IMG/VR virus record: IMGVR_UViG_3300014806_000004
Origin: a virus
Reading direction: 5' to 3' (one strand)
DNA: 64,000 nt
Below, piece after piece: positions 46,106 through 57,009 of the stretch. Numbering within the stretch: position 1 is the stretch's first letter; every line of letters begins with the position of its first letter. The translations under genes were made by a program, and so were the position numbers. The notes below the pieces were generated by a model, which made no database searches, was not told the origin of the DNA, and was given only the letters and a program-made list of their open reading frames with translations.

Positions 46106-46732
46106 ATGAAAATTATTAAGCCAGATGTTGAACTGATTACACCTATTGACGGTGAGATAATTCTTAAACGAATTGAACAGTGCGGTAGAGTTTGTTATAA
46201 ATCTGAAGATAAGATTACAGAAGATAGTGCTGTAAAATTTGTTTAGAATATTATTAAAAGAGGACATGAAGCAGTCCTCGAGCATTGCTCTTTTACTCTT
46301 AAATTTATTTGCGATAGAGGTGTTAGCCATGAAATTGTTCGTCATAGATTGGCTGCCTATTGTCAAGAATCTACAAGATATTGCAATTATTCGAAAGACG
46401 GGTTCGGAAATGAAATTACTGTTATTGAACCCTGTTTCTTAATCAAGAGTAATCCAGCTTACGATCATTGGTATAATGCCTGCCAAAATGCGGAAGAGGA
46501 ATATTTTAATATGCTCTCTACTGGATGCACACCCCAAGAAGCAAGAGCAGTTCTACCTAATAGTTTAAAAACAGAAGTAGTTATGACTGCGGATTTGCGG
46601 GAATGGCGGCATTTCTTCAAGCTTCGCTGCTCTCCAGCCGCCCATCCGCAAATGAGAGAAGTAGCAATTATTGCACTTAATAAAGTCAAGGAAAAAATCC
46701 CTGTAATCTTTGATGATATTGCTCTTGATTGA
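46106..46732 (+). CDS. thyX: FAD-dependent thymidylate synthase ThyX (1 in-frame TAG)
   Basis: ThyX motif IVRHRLAAYCQESTRY (RHR...S.RY); ...RGHEAVLEH; TAG at 46247 joins ORF 46349..46732. Confidence 0.6.
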
Positions 46733-46785
46733 CAATCTTTATTTTATATGTTATTATATTTATATAAAATAAAGAGGAAAATGAT

Positions 46786-47181
46786 ATGAACAAATGTGAG
46801 ACTTTTTTAAATTATTTTGATTGGCTTATAGCTAATTGTAAAGAACCTGTTATTATCCCGGATGAAGTAAAAGAATTTTATGATATTCTTCGTTCACAAC
46901 AAGACAAGCATATTGATAAACCTCTTTTTACTGAAACTGGATTTCAAATCCTTGAGTATCTTCAAAATAGTAATGCTAAATCTTTAAAAGCAAAAGATAT
47001 AGCTGATGGGATGGAGATTTCTTCCAGAAAAGTTTCTGGTTCTATTAGAAAGTTAGTTTCTGATGGTTTTGTTGAGAAGTTTGGTTCTAATCCTGTGGTT
47101 TATACCCTGACCGAAAAAGGTAAAAATTTTGATATTGAAAAGTATAGAGGAGAGTTAAATAATGAAAAAGAAAATGATTAA
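46786..47181 (+). CDS. winged-helix (MarR-like) DNA-binding protein
   Basis: ISSRKVSGSIRKLVSDGFVEK recognition-helix/wing pattern. Confidence 0.45.
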   Translation: MNKCETFLNYFDWLIANCKEPVIIPDEVKEFYDILRSQQDKHIDKPLFTETGFQILEYLQNSNAKSLKAKDIADGMEISSRKVSGSIRKLVSDGFVEKFGSNPVVYTLTEKGKNFDIEKYRGELNNEKEND

Positions 47182-48118
47182 TGCTACTCATATTGAAGGG
47201 TATGTCTATGAGCATAAGCTCGAAAAGAAAGTTTCTGGAGAAAATTCTAAAAATCCTGGAACAGAGTTTATTAACGGTATTTTGAGAATTGCAACCGATG
47301 ATGAAATGCTCAATGTAGTTGATGTTCATTTTAGTTATGTAACTGAGACTACTAAAAATGGAAAAGCAAATTCTACCTATGGAGTTCTTTTGAATATTAT
47401 TGAGGGAAAGATTGGCTCTGTAATGGAGCATGGTAAAGAAAACGCAGGAAAGCTCCGTATTGATTCTGCTATTGGTCTAAATGAGTGGTATGATAATAAT
47501 ACTACTGGTCACCCTCTTGTAAGTGTAAAAAGAAATGAGGGTGGGTTTATCCATGTGACTCAGGAGCTCGCGGAAGAAAAGAATCGTGCAACATTTGATA
47601 CTGATATGGTTATTACTAATGTAATTCGTACAGAAGCTGATGAAGAGCGCGATTTACCTGAAAAGGTAACTGTAAAAGGGTGTATTTTTGATTTCCGTGG
47701 ATCTCTGCTTCCTGTTGAATTTAATGTATATACTCCTTATGCACCAGAAAAGGCTCTTGATTATTTTGAGAATCTTGGAGCAACTTCTAGTTCTCCAGTA
47801 TTTACTAGAGTACAAGGTGTTCAAATTTCTAAGACAGTAATTCGCAAAATTGAAGAAGAAAGTGCTTTTGGTGATACAAAGGTAAAAGAGGTTCGTAACT
47901 CTCAGCGAGATTTTGTGATTAACTGGGCACAACCTGAAACTTATGCGTGGGATAGCGAAGAGACTCTTCTTGTTTCTGAACTTAATGAAAAGATGGCGGC
48001 TCGCGAAGTTACTCTTGCAGAAATTAAAAAGCGTCAAGACGAGTATCAGGCTACAAAGGGTAACGCACTTAGCGGCACTTCTACTTCCGCTCCTGCAAAG
48101 GGAGAATATAAATTCTAA
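47162..48118 (+). CDS. hypothetical protein (possible ssDNA-binding partner of Sak4-like ATPase)
   Basis: Position 5' of AAA_24 gene; no clear motif. Confidence 0.35.
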   Translation: MKKKMINATHIEGYVYEHKLEKKVSGENSKNPGTEFINGILRIATDDEMLNVVDVHFSYVTETTKNGKANSTYGVLLNIIEGKIGSVMEHGKENAGKLRIDSAIGLNEWYDNNTTGHPLVSVKRNEGGFIHVTQELAEEKNRATFDTDMVITNVIRTEADEERDLPEKVTVKGCIFDFRGSLLPVEFNVYTPYAPEKALDYFENLGATSSSPVFTRVQGVQISKTVIRKIEEESAFGDTKVKEVRNSQRDFVINWAQPETYAWDSEETLLVSELNEKMAAREVTLAEIKKRQDEYQATKGNALSGTSTSAPAKGEYKF

Positions 48119-48148
48119 AAAAGGGAGATTTTCTCCCTTTTTTCCCAA
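48117..48148 (+). terminator. terminator-like hairpin
   Basis: AAAAGGGAGA-tttt-CTCCCTTTTTT. Confidence 0.5.
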
Positions 48149-48174
48149 TTAATTTTAGAAGGAGCGATTAATAA

Positions 48175-49155
48175 ATGAGTTTATTAGATATTAAACCACA
48201 TGAGGTATCAAGAGATTTAAGAGGTTATTCAGTATTTTTCTATGGGGATCCAAAGTCTGGCAAAACAACTATTGCTAGTAAGTTTCCAAAAGCGCTACTA
48301 CTTGCTTTTGAGAAAGGTTATAATGCCTTGCCAGGAGTATATGCTCAACCAATCAATAGTTGGGGTGAATTTAAGAAACTTTTTAGTGAATTAAAAACTC
48401 CAGAAGTTCAAGAAAAATTCCAAACTATTGTAATTGATACAGCAGATATTGCATATGGCTATTGTGAGAAGTTTATTTGCGGACGCGAGGCTGTTGATAC
48501 TATTGGTGATATTCCTTATGGAAAGGGATACGCACTTGTTAGTACAGAATTTGATGAAGCAATTCGTAAAATTCTACAACTTAATTATGGTCTTATTTTG
48601 ATTTCTCATGCCAAAGTAAAGACAGAAAAAAATGCAAAAGGAGAAGACGTCGCTTCTCAAATTGTACCAACTCTTGACAATAGAGGTAGATTAATTTGTG
48701 AGAGAACTTGTGATATTATTGGTTATTCTCGTTCTGTAACCAATGAATCTGGAGGCACAGAAACTCGTCTCTTTATGCGCGGAACTCCGCAATATGTTGC
48801 CGGTTCAAGATTTAAATATGTTCCAGAATCTATTGAATTTACATATGATAATCTTGTAAAAGCAATTTCTGATGCTATTGATAAGCAAGCAGAAGAAACT
48901 GGTGGCAAGTATATTACAGATGAGGCAACACAAGTTGTCACAGAAGATGTTACTTATGATTTTGATTATCTAATGACAAGATTTAATGATTTAGTTGGAA
49001 ATCTTATGTCAGAAAATCAATCCAATGCAGTTAAAATTACTGCTATTGTTGATAAATTTTTAGGCAAAGGGAAAAAAGTTGGAGACTGCACTCCCGAACA
49101 GTCTGAACAATTGGATCTAATTATTCATGAATTAGAAGACTTAATTAAAACCTAA
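48175..49155 (+). CDS. RecA-like ATPase of the Sak4/AAA_24 type
   Basis: Walker A YGDPKSGKTT, Walker B IVIDT. Confidence 0.55.
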   Translation: MSLLDIKPHEVSRDLRGYSVFFYGDPKSGKTTIASKFPKALLLAFEKGYNALPGVYAQPINSWGEFKKLFSELKTPEVQEKFQTIVIDTADIAYGYCEKFICGREAVDTIGDIPYGKGYALVSTEFDEAIRKILQLNYGLILISHAKVKTEKNAKGEDVASQIVPTLDNRGRLICERTCDIIGYSRSVTNESGGTETRLFMRGTPQYVAGSRFKYVPESIEFTYDNLVKAISDAIDKQAEETGGKYITDEATQVVTEDVTYDFDYLMTRFNDLVGNLMSENQSNAVKITAIVDKFLGKGKKVGDCTPEQSEQLDLIIHELEDLIKT

Positions 49156-49257
49156 ATAAAAGGAAGGAGAGTATCAAGGATATTTCTCCTTCCTTGATTT
49201 TTTATCTAAAATATGATATTATATTTATATAAGGTTATAAAGAAAGGAGCGTAATGT

Positions 49258-49791
49258 ATGGCGAAACACATGGTAAAATGTTTTTACTGTGGAGAAGTAT
49301 TTGATGCATCAACCACCCCATACGTTAAACCAAACTCAAGACGTTACGCTCATAAAACTTGTGCGCAAACGGCAGAAGAAAATAAAACTCAAGAAGAAAA
49401 AGATAAAGAATTATTAGAAAAATATATAAAGGATTTATTTGGAATTAATTGTATCTCCCCAAAAATTAAAAAACAAATAGAAACTTTTAAAAAAGATAAA
49501 AATTATTCATATACAGGGATATATAAAACATTAAAATATTTTTTTGAGATAAAAGGAAATTCTATTGAAAAGGCCAATGGTGGAATTGGTATTGTTCCTT
49601 TTGTTTATGATGAAGCATATCTATATTGGAGAGCATTGTGGGAAGCAAGAGAAAGAAATGAGCAGGTAGATATAAAAGAATTTATTTTGCCTGTAAGAGA
49701 AGTTCATATAGAGCCTCCTCAGCGACAACCAATGAAACATATACGAAAGCTATTTACTTTCTTAAATGAGGAGGAAACACATGAAGAGTAA
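49258..49791 (+). CDS. zinc-finger hypothetical protein
   Basis: CFYC...HKTC. Confidence 0.45.
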   Translation: MAKHMVKCFYCGEVFDASTTPYVKPNSRRYAHKTCAQTAEENKTQEEKDKELLEKYIKDLFGINCISPKIKKQIETFKKDKNYSYTGIYKTLKYFFEIKGNSIEKANGGIGIVPFVYDEAYLYWRALWEARERNEQVDIKEFILPVREVHIEPPQRQPMKHIRKLFTFLNEEETHEE

Positions 49792-51319
49792 CTATGTAGA
49801 TACAGCAGCAATTACTCAAATAATTGGGTGTGTATTTAATAATGCCTCTATTCTCGATGATGCAGATAAATATATAATTCATGAAGATGATTTTCAAGAG
49901 GATTTTCACAAAATTATCTTTGGGAGTATCTATAATATTCATCTAACAGGCAGTCAAGTCAATATTGATGCAATTATAGATTATTTAGCGAATAGACCCA
50001 AATTTGATGCTATATTTAAACAAAATAAAGGTGTAGATTATCTTCTTGAAGCATCACAAAACGCTCGATAGGATACTTTTAATTACTACTATAATAGATT
50101 AAAAAAATTTACTCTATTAAGGGCATATAATAATTTTGGCCTTGATGTAACCTATCTTTACGATCCAAATAATATTCTTGATACTAAAAAGAGACAAATG
50201 CAAGAAGATTGGTTAGATAATACAAGTTTAGTTGAAATAGCTCATGCTATTGATGTAAAAATAGATGAAATCAAGAGTAAATATATTGAAGATGATTTAG
50301 GATTAGGGTATCAAGCCGGAGACGGAATCGACGATTTAATCAGTGATTTAGAACAACATCCAGAAGTTGGTATTCCTTTATATGGCCCATTGATTAATAC
50401 AGTAACAAGAGGCGCAAGATTGCGAAAATTTTATTTGCGGTCAGCTGCTACAGGAACTGGAAAAACTAGATCAATGATTGCAGATGCTTGTAATTTTGCG
50501 TGTAATGAGATCTATCATGATCAATTTGGCTGGATTAAAAACGGAACTTCTCAACCAACTTTGTTTATCGCGACAGAGCAAGATAAAGGAGAAGTGCAAA
50601 CTATGATGTTAGCATTTCTTTCTGATGTAAATGAAGAACATATCTTGAATGGCCAATATTTTGATGGAGAAAAGGATCGAGTTCTCAAAGCCGCGGAAAT
50701 TATTAAAAGAAGTCCGATTTGGATTGAAGAATTGCCGGATTTTTCTTTGCAAGATGTAGAAAATAAGATAAAAAAGAATATCCGTGAACATGAAGTTAAG
50801 TATGTTTTATTCGATTATTTACAAACATCTCTCAAGATTCTTGAAGAAATTAGTAAGAAATCTGGCGGAGTTAAATTAAGAGAAGATAATATCTTATTCA
50901 TGCTTTCCGCAAGATTAAAAGATTTAGCAAATAAATATGGTATATTCATTATGTCTGCAACTCAATTAAATGCAGATTATTAGAATAGTGAAACACCAGA
51001 TCAAAATTTGTTGCGTGGAGCTAAAAGTATTGCAGATAGAATTGATGTTGGCATGATTCTTCTTGGAGTTACAGATGAAGATTTGGTAAAACTTGATCCA
51101 ATACTTGATAGCAATAAAAATCTTCTTCGTCCTAATTTAAAATTATCTATTTATAAGAATAGACGAGGATCATATAAAGGAGTTTACCTATGGTGTTCAG
51201 CAAATTTAGGTACTTGTCGTATATTACCACAATTCTGTACTAATTGGAGACATGAAATGATTAGTATTGAAGATATTAGAGTAATTGTAGATGAAGGTCC
51301 TGCGGCATGGGAAAAATAA
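49781..51319 (+). CDS. DnaB-family replicative helicase (2 in-frame TAG at 50069 and 50981)
   Basis: Walker A RSAATGTGKT, H3 ...SATQLNADY-(TAG)-..LRGAKSIADRIDV; joins ORF fragments 49766..50071, 50198..50983, 51008..51319. Confidence 0.6.
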
Positions 51320-51335
51320 TTTTGGAGGAATTAAT

Positions 51336-51512
51336 ATGAAAAACAATCAATCTTTAGAGTATCGTATGAGTAAAAAAATGTTTAATGCTATGCTTGCCGA
51401 TAGAAGCGAGACGGAGAAGAAACAAAATCCTAAAGATTATGTTGCAAAAGTAATTAATGAGCAATTTGGTCTTAAAGGAACTGTAACAAATGTTTCCGTA
51501 TATGATGCTTAA
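51336..51512 (+). CDS. hypothetical protein
   Basis: SD TTGGAGGAA. Confidence 0.35.
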   Translation: MKNNQSLEYRMSKKMFNAMLADRSETEKKQNPKDYVAKVINEQFGLKGTVTNVSVYDA

Positions 51513-51514
51513 TT

Positions 51515-52618
51515 ATGTCACGCTATTATGATAAAGATGAACTAAAAGGAAAATTAGAGTTAGAACAAATTTATGATTTAATTGAAGCATGGGGCGGTGA
51601 GCCTGAATATGTAGATGGTGGGCTCATCTCCCAAACTATATGTCATAATCTTCCAGGAGAGGGATCAAGAAAGTTATATTATTACGAAAATACAAAACTT
51701 TTTAGATGTTATACTGGATGTATAGATCCTACTTTTGATATATTTGATTTATGTATAAAGGTTAAAAAAAAGCAAGAAGGTAAAAAGTGGGAACTATATA
51801 ATGCTATGGATTATATAGCTGGATATTTTGGTTTTGATGGAATAGAACTAGAAGATGAAGAACAAGAATTAGAAGATTGGGATATCTTTAAAAGACATAA
51901 TATTCAGTTACCAAAACCTAAACAGCCTATTTGCTTGAAGGAATATAATCCGATTATTCTTACTCGATTTTCTTATCCTAGAATTGCTGGATGGGAAGCA
52001 GAAGGAATCTTACCCGAGGTTAGTAAAAGAAATTTTATTGGGTATTATCCGGGAGGAGGACAAATAACAATTCCTCACTTTGATATTAATAATAGATTAG
52101 TAGGAATTAGGGGAAGAACATTATCTTCTGAAGATGCAGAAAGATATGGAAAATATAGACCTCTTATGGTGAACAGACAATTATATAATCATCCTTTAAG
52201 TATGAATTTATATAATTTAAACCATAGCAAAGAAAATATAAGAAAAGTAAAAGCTGCAATTATATTTGAATCTGAAAAGAGTTGTCTTATGTATCAGTCT
52301 TACTATGGGTACGATAATGATATATCTGTAGCTTGTTGTGGAAGTAGTATATCTAGTTATCATATAGATTTACTTAAATCTTTAGGAGTTAATGAAATCA
52401 TAGTTGCTTTTGATAGACAATTTGTCGAAATTAGCGATGATGAATTTAAGAGATTGAAAGCAAAGTTAATTCATATATATAACAAATATAGTAAGAATGT
52501 ACGCATATCTGCTATCTTTGACAAACGAATGATTTTGCCATATAAAGCAAGTCCTATAGACAAGGGACCGCAGATTTTTGAAGAGTTACTAAATGAAAGG
52601 ATAATTCCTTATGAGTAA
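51515..52618 (+). CDS. DNA primase-like (zinc-binding + TOPRIM-like)
   Basis: CHN...C..C zinc motif, later IIFESEKSCL / IIVAFDRQ acidic TOPRIM-like blocks. Confidence 0.4.
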   Translation: MSRYYDKDELKGKLELEQIYDLIEAWGGEPEYVDGGLISQTICHNLPGEGSRKLYYYENTKLFRCYTGCIDPTFDIFDLCIKVKKKQEGKKWELYNAMDYIAGYFGFDGIELEDEEQELEDWDIFKRHNIQLPKPKQPICLKEYNPIILTRFSYPRIAGWEAEGILPEVSKRNFIGYYPGGGQITIPHFDINNRLVGIRGRTLSSEDAERYGKYRPLMVNRQLYNHPLSMNLYNLNHSKENIRKVKAAIIFESEKSCLMYQSYYGYDNDISVACCGSSISSYHIDLLKSLGVNEIIVAFDRQFVEISDDEFKRLKAKLIHIYNKYSKNVRISAIFDKRMILPYKASPIDKGPQIFEELLNERIIPYE

Positions 52619-52895
52619 AGAGATTTTAAATCTAGTACCTGCTATTAGAGCAATAGAAAAAGAAATAGGAAAATTAGCAGATGATTATAATAAGAGAATA
52701 CAACCCTATTTTGACAGTTTAGAGAAACTTAGAGAAATTAATCAAGCATGTGAGTACTGTAACGGAACTGGTCATGTTTTAAGATCTAGATCTTGCGCGG
52801 AAGATGATAGGCCAGATCCAAACGATCTTAATGACTATATAAAATGTAGAGCTTGCAAAGGAACTGGATTATCACATAATAAGGAGAGTGATTAA
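52611..52895 (+). CDS. zinc-ribbon protein
   Basis: CEYCNGTG...CRACKGTG. Confidence 0.4.
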   Translation: MSKEILNLVPAIRAIEKEIGKLADDYNKRIQPYFDSLEKLREINQACEYCNGTGHVLRSRSCAEDDRPDPNDLNDYIKCRACKGTGLSHNKESD

Positions 52896-52898
52896 AGA

Positions 52899-54650
52899 TT
52901 GGAATATTCATTAATTAACCCAAGAAATTAGGATTATAGTGCTTTAGAGTAGGTATTAGTTAATAGAGGTATTAAATATGGTGATATATAGCATTATTTA
53001 ACAGTATCAGAAAAAGATAATTTATCTCCCTTACTTCTTAATAATATTGAAAGCGCTGCTAAGCTAATTATTAAGCACATTTTAAAAGATGATTCTTATA
53101 TCTATGTCTAGGTAGATAGCGACTGCGATGGTTACACCTCTTCTGCATTATTGCTAAATTATCTTCATGCGCAGTTTCCCTCTGCAATTAACAAGTTTGT
53201 TTATAACTTCCATTCTGGTAAAATTCATGGAATAAAACCAGAATTAATCCCCGATAATATTTCTCTTGTTATTGCACCGGATTCAAGCTCTAACGACTAT
53301 CAAGAGCATGAAGAATTGGCTAATCGCGGAATTGATGTATTAGTTATAGACCATCACTTAGCTGATAAAATATCTGAATACGCCTGTGTTGTTAATAATC
53401 AGTTATGCGATTATCCAACAAAATCGTTATCTGGTGTAGGAGTAGTTTATAAATTGTGTTAGTATATGGATAGTATTTGCGGAACTGCCTATGCGGATAA
53501 TTACCTTGATATTGTAGCCACCGGTCTTGTAGGAGATATGATGGATATTAGAGATTTTGAAACTCATTATCTTATTCAATAGGGGCTACAGAGGTCAAGT
53601 CTCCGCAATCCTTTTATTAAAGGTATGGCTGATAAAAATGCTTATTAGTTAGGCAGAGGAGATTTATCTCCTATTGGAGTAGCGTTTTATATTGTTCCTC
53701 TTGTTAATGCCATTACTCGTATGGGTACTCAAGATGAAAAGTAGATTTTATTTGAAAGTATGCTTGAATGGAAAGCATATGATCTTATTCCTTCTACTAA
53801 ACGAGGATGTAAAGGGCAAGAGGAAACTAGATTAGAGCAAGCATTAAGAGTTTGCACTAATGTTAAGAATCGTTAGACTAGAACTAGAGATGCCGAAGTT
53901 GAACAAATAGAAAATATTATTCAAGAAAAAAATCTATTATAGCATAAACTTTTAGTAATTAAACTAGAAGATATGTAGGTTGATAGAGGTATTACTGGTT
54001 TAATTGCTAATGAATTAATGAGTAAGTATAAGCGCCCCGTTATTCTCTTATCAAAGACTGTAAACAATGAACAAGATGCTTGGGAGGGATCAGCTAGAGG
54101 ATACGAAAAGTCTAAATTAAATGATTTTAGACAATTTGTAAGAGATTCAAATTTAGTCTTTTTAGCTGAGGGGCACGCAAATGCTTTTGGCTTTGGCATT
54201 TATGAAAAAGATTTTGAAGATTTTATTATATGGTCAGACAATCAATTAAAAGATATAGAATTTTCACCAAGCTATAAGGTAGATTTTATTTACTCTATGT
54301 CAGATATTAATTCTAAAGATATATTAGAACTAGGTAATTCTAAGTATCTTTGGGGATAGAATATCGACGAACCGTTAATTGCGGTAGAAAATGTTGCAGT
54401 AACAAATGACATGATTAGTCTTATGTCACGAGACAAGAATCCTACTTTGAAGATTCAATTACCAAATGGAGTTACTTGCATCAAGTTTAAATCAAGCGAA
54501 GAGGAGCTAGAAGATTTATCTAGCGAATTAGGTTGCGTGAGTATAAATTTGATTGGTAAACCAGAAGTAAATAGATACTTCGGTAGTGTGACACCACAAA
54601 TTATTATTACAGATTATGAAATTATAAGTAGATAGAAGTATTACTTTTAA
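52899..54650 (+). CDS. RecJ-like DHH-family phosphoesterase (about 13 in-frame TAG; TAA stop)
   Basis: DHH motifs DSDCDGYTS, D..DHH (LVIDHHL), GVGVVYKL; SD AAGGAGAG + TTG start; ORF track shows only fragments. Confidence 0.5.
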
Positions 54651-54689
54651 TGATTGCGCAACCTCTTACTAAAGGAGGAAACAATCACA

Positions 54690-55457
54690 ATGAGACGTTT
54701 TATGAGTATTATACTAAGTTTAATCATTTTATTATCTATAATGTGTAGTTGCAATAGTCCATTTATTTCTGTTGCATCAGCATACTCAGTTCAGTATAAC
54801 AGCAATACAAGTTATACCTATAATGATTTAGATACATTGATTGAGCTTATTGCGGAACAAATTTCTAACATGAATGCCGCACATCAAATGGCTGATGCCG
54901 CTAGGCAATTAGGTTATTCTGAAAACCATGATGTTATTGAGTTAGCCGTAAATGAATATGATAAAGCTAATGAATTAAGACAATCCTATCAAAACGTATA
55001 TGATAACCTCATGGAACACTGGCATCAAAAGGAAAAAGAGTACCCAGTAGCAACATATATATGGAGCTATTTCAAAGACCTAGGTTATAATAATCAAGTG
55101 TGTGCTGGAATACTTGGTAATATAATGACTGAAGTTGGTGGTAATACCTTGAACATTCAATATGAATTAGGTAATTCTTCATATTATGGGATGTGTCAAT
55201 GGAATAAGGCGTATTCTGAGGTTTGGGGAGCCTCATTAGAAGAGCAATGCAATTATTTGGAAAATACTATTGAATATGAATTTAATACATTCGGTCATGC
55301 CTATAAGAGAGGGTTTGATTATGAAGATTTTCTAAATATGACAAGTATAACTGATGCTGCTTTAGCGTTCGCGAAATGCTATGAAAGATGCAGTTCTGGA
55401 AGTTATACAGTACGACAAAATAATGCGATAATCGCATATAATTATTTTGTAAGTTAA
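54690..55457 (+). CDS. secreted phage-tail-lysozyme-family protein
   Basis: Signal peptide MRRFMSIILSLIILLSIMCS; GILGNIMTEVGG...GMCQWN block. Confidence 0.5.
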   Translation: MRRFMSIILSLIILLSIMCSCNSPFISVASAYSVQYNSNTSYTYNDLDTLIELIAEQISNMNAAHQMADAARQLGYSENHDVIELAVNEYDKANELRQSYQNVYDNLMEHWHQKEKEYPVATYIWSYFKDLGYNNQVCAGILGNIMTEVGGNTLNIQYELGNSSYYGMCQWNKAYSEVWGASLEEQCNYLENTIEYEFNTFGHAYKRGFDYEDFLNMTSITDAALAFAKCYERCSSGSYTVRQNNAIIAYNYFVS

Positions 55458-55460
55458 AAT

Positions 55461-55500
55461 AAAATATCTGCGGACTGGCCGGAACCTAGACGACCGTCCG
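55461..55500 (+). terminator. terminator-like hairpin
   Basis: TCTGCGGAC...GTCCGCAGA 9-bp stem. Confidence 0.4.
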
Positions 55501-55540
55501 CAGAAACTAAAATTGGTTTTACTATTTTTTGAGGTAAAAT

Positions 55541-55801
55541 ATGGAAGAATTAAAACAAACTATAAAATTTTTAGATTCTATTCAAATAGATAAGTATATA
55601 ATAGGTTATATGGATATACACGATATTATGGATAGAATAGAAGATGATTATGGCGCATTTTTAGAAGATCATCCTATTTTTGAAGGATATGTTTTTAATT
55701 GGATGACTTCTGATGAATTTGCTGATTATTTAAGGAAAAAGGGTTATAGAGTTCAAGAAAATATTAGTTATGAGGTTTGGAAAAATGGAATTAACTCGTA
55801 A
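55541..55801 (+). CDS. hypothetical protein
   Basis: ORF. Confidence 0.4.
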   Translation: MEELKQTIKFLDSIQIDKYIIGYMDIHDIMDRIEDDYGAFLEDHPIFEGYVFNWMTSDEFADYLRKKGYRVQENISYEVWKNGINS

Positions 55802-56966
55802 ACAAGAGGAAGGATTGCGCATTGCAATAGATAGATATAATCACAACGAGCCCTATACTGTAATAGCGGGTTACGCAGGTACTGGAAAAAGTACCTTGAT
55901 TAATTTTATTATAGCAGCTCTTGAGGTAGATCCAGAAGAAGAAGTTGCATATATTACTTTTACAGGGAAAGCCTCAGAGGTATTGCGAGAAAAAGGTTGC
56001 CATAATGCTATGACCGCGCATAAATTGTTATATTATAGTAAGCAAATGCCAAATGGTAAATTTTTCTATAAACCAAGGACTGTTCTTGAAAAGCCTTATA
56101 GAGTAATTGTTGTAGATGAAGTAAGTATGCTTCCTAAAGATATGTGGGATTTGCTTTTAAGTCATAATATCTATGTAATAGCTTGCGGAGATCCTTTTCA
56201 GATTCCTCCAATAGATAAGAAACAAGATAATCATATTTTGGATAATCCACATATTTTTCTTGATGAAGTAATGCGTCAAGCAAAAGAAAGTGATATTATT
56301 TGCCTTAGCATGGATATTAGAGAAGGAAAGAGATTATCTCCTTTTAGCGGTCATGATGCTCAAGTTTTTAAGAAAAATGATCTGTGCGATGGAATGTATT
56401 TTTGGGCAGACTAGATTCTTGTATCTACCAATAAAAGTAGACATGATATTAATTCTTATATTAGAGATGATTTAGGCAGAGGATTTGAGCCAGAAATAGA
56501 CGATAAGATTATTTGTTTGCGGAACTGTTGGGATACTTGCTCTGAAAAACATGAAAATCCACTCATAAATGGCTCTGTTGGATATATTAAAACTAAAAGA
56601 ATGGAATCTATTGATTATATCCTCGCTGGAAAGTTAGTATCTGCTCCTGTTTTATTTGCAGATATTGAAACAACAAATGATACATATAGAGAAGTTGGTA
56701 TTGACTATACCGCTTTAACTACTGGAGAAAAGTTTTTTACTCCTCAACAAGAATATTTAATTAGGAGAAATAAAGAAAATCCAGATCTCCCTATTGAGTT
56801 TAATTTTGGTTATGCAATTACTGGACATAGAGCGCAAGGTTCACAATGGGATAAGGTTTTAGTATTAGAAGAATCATTTCCATTTGATAAAATTGAACAC
56901 GCTAGATGGATATATACTACAGTTACAAGGGCCATTGAAAAACTTACATTGATATTAAAGAATTAA
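55785..56966 (+). CDS. SF1 DNA helicase, Dda/RecD-like (1 in-frame TAG at 56412)
   Basis: GYAGTGKST, VVDEVSM, GDPFQIPP, TGHRAQGSQWDKV, YTTVTRA. Confidence 0.6.
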
Positions 56967-57009
56967 TATGCTATAATGTAAGTATAAAGAAAATAAGAGA
57001 GGTATAATT

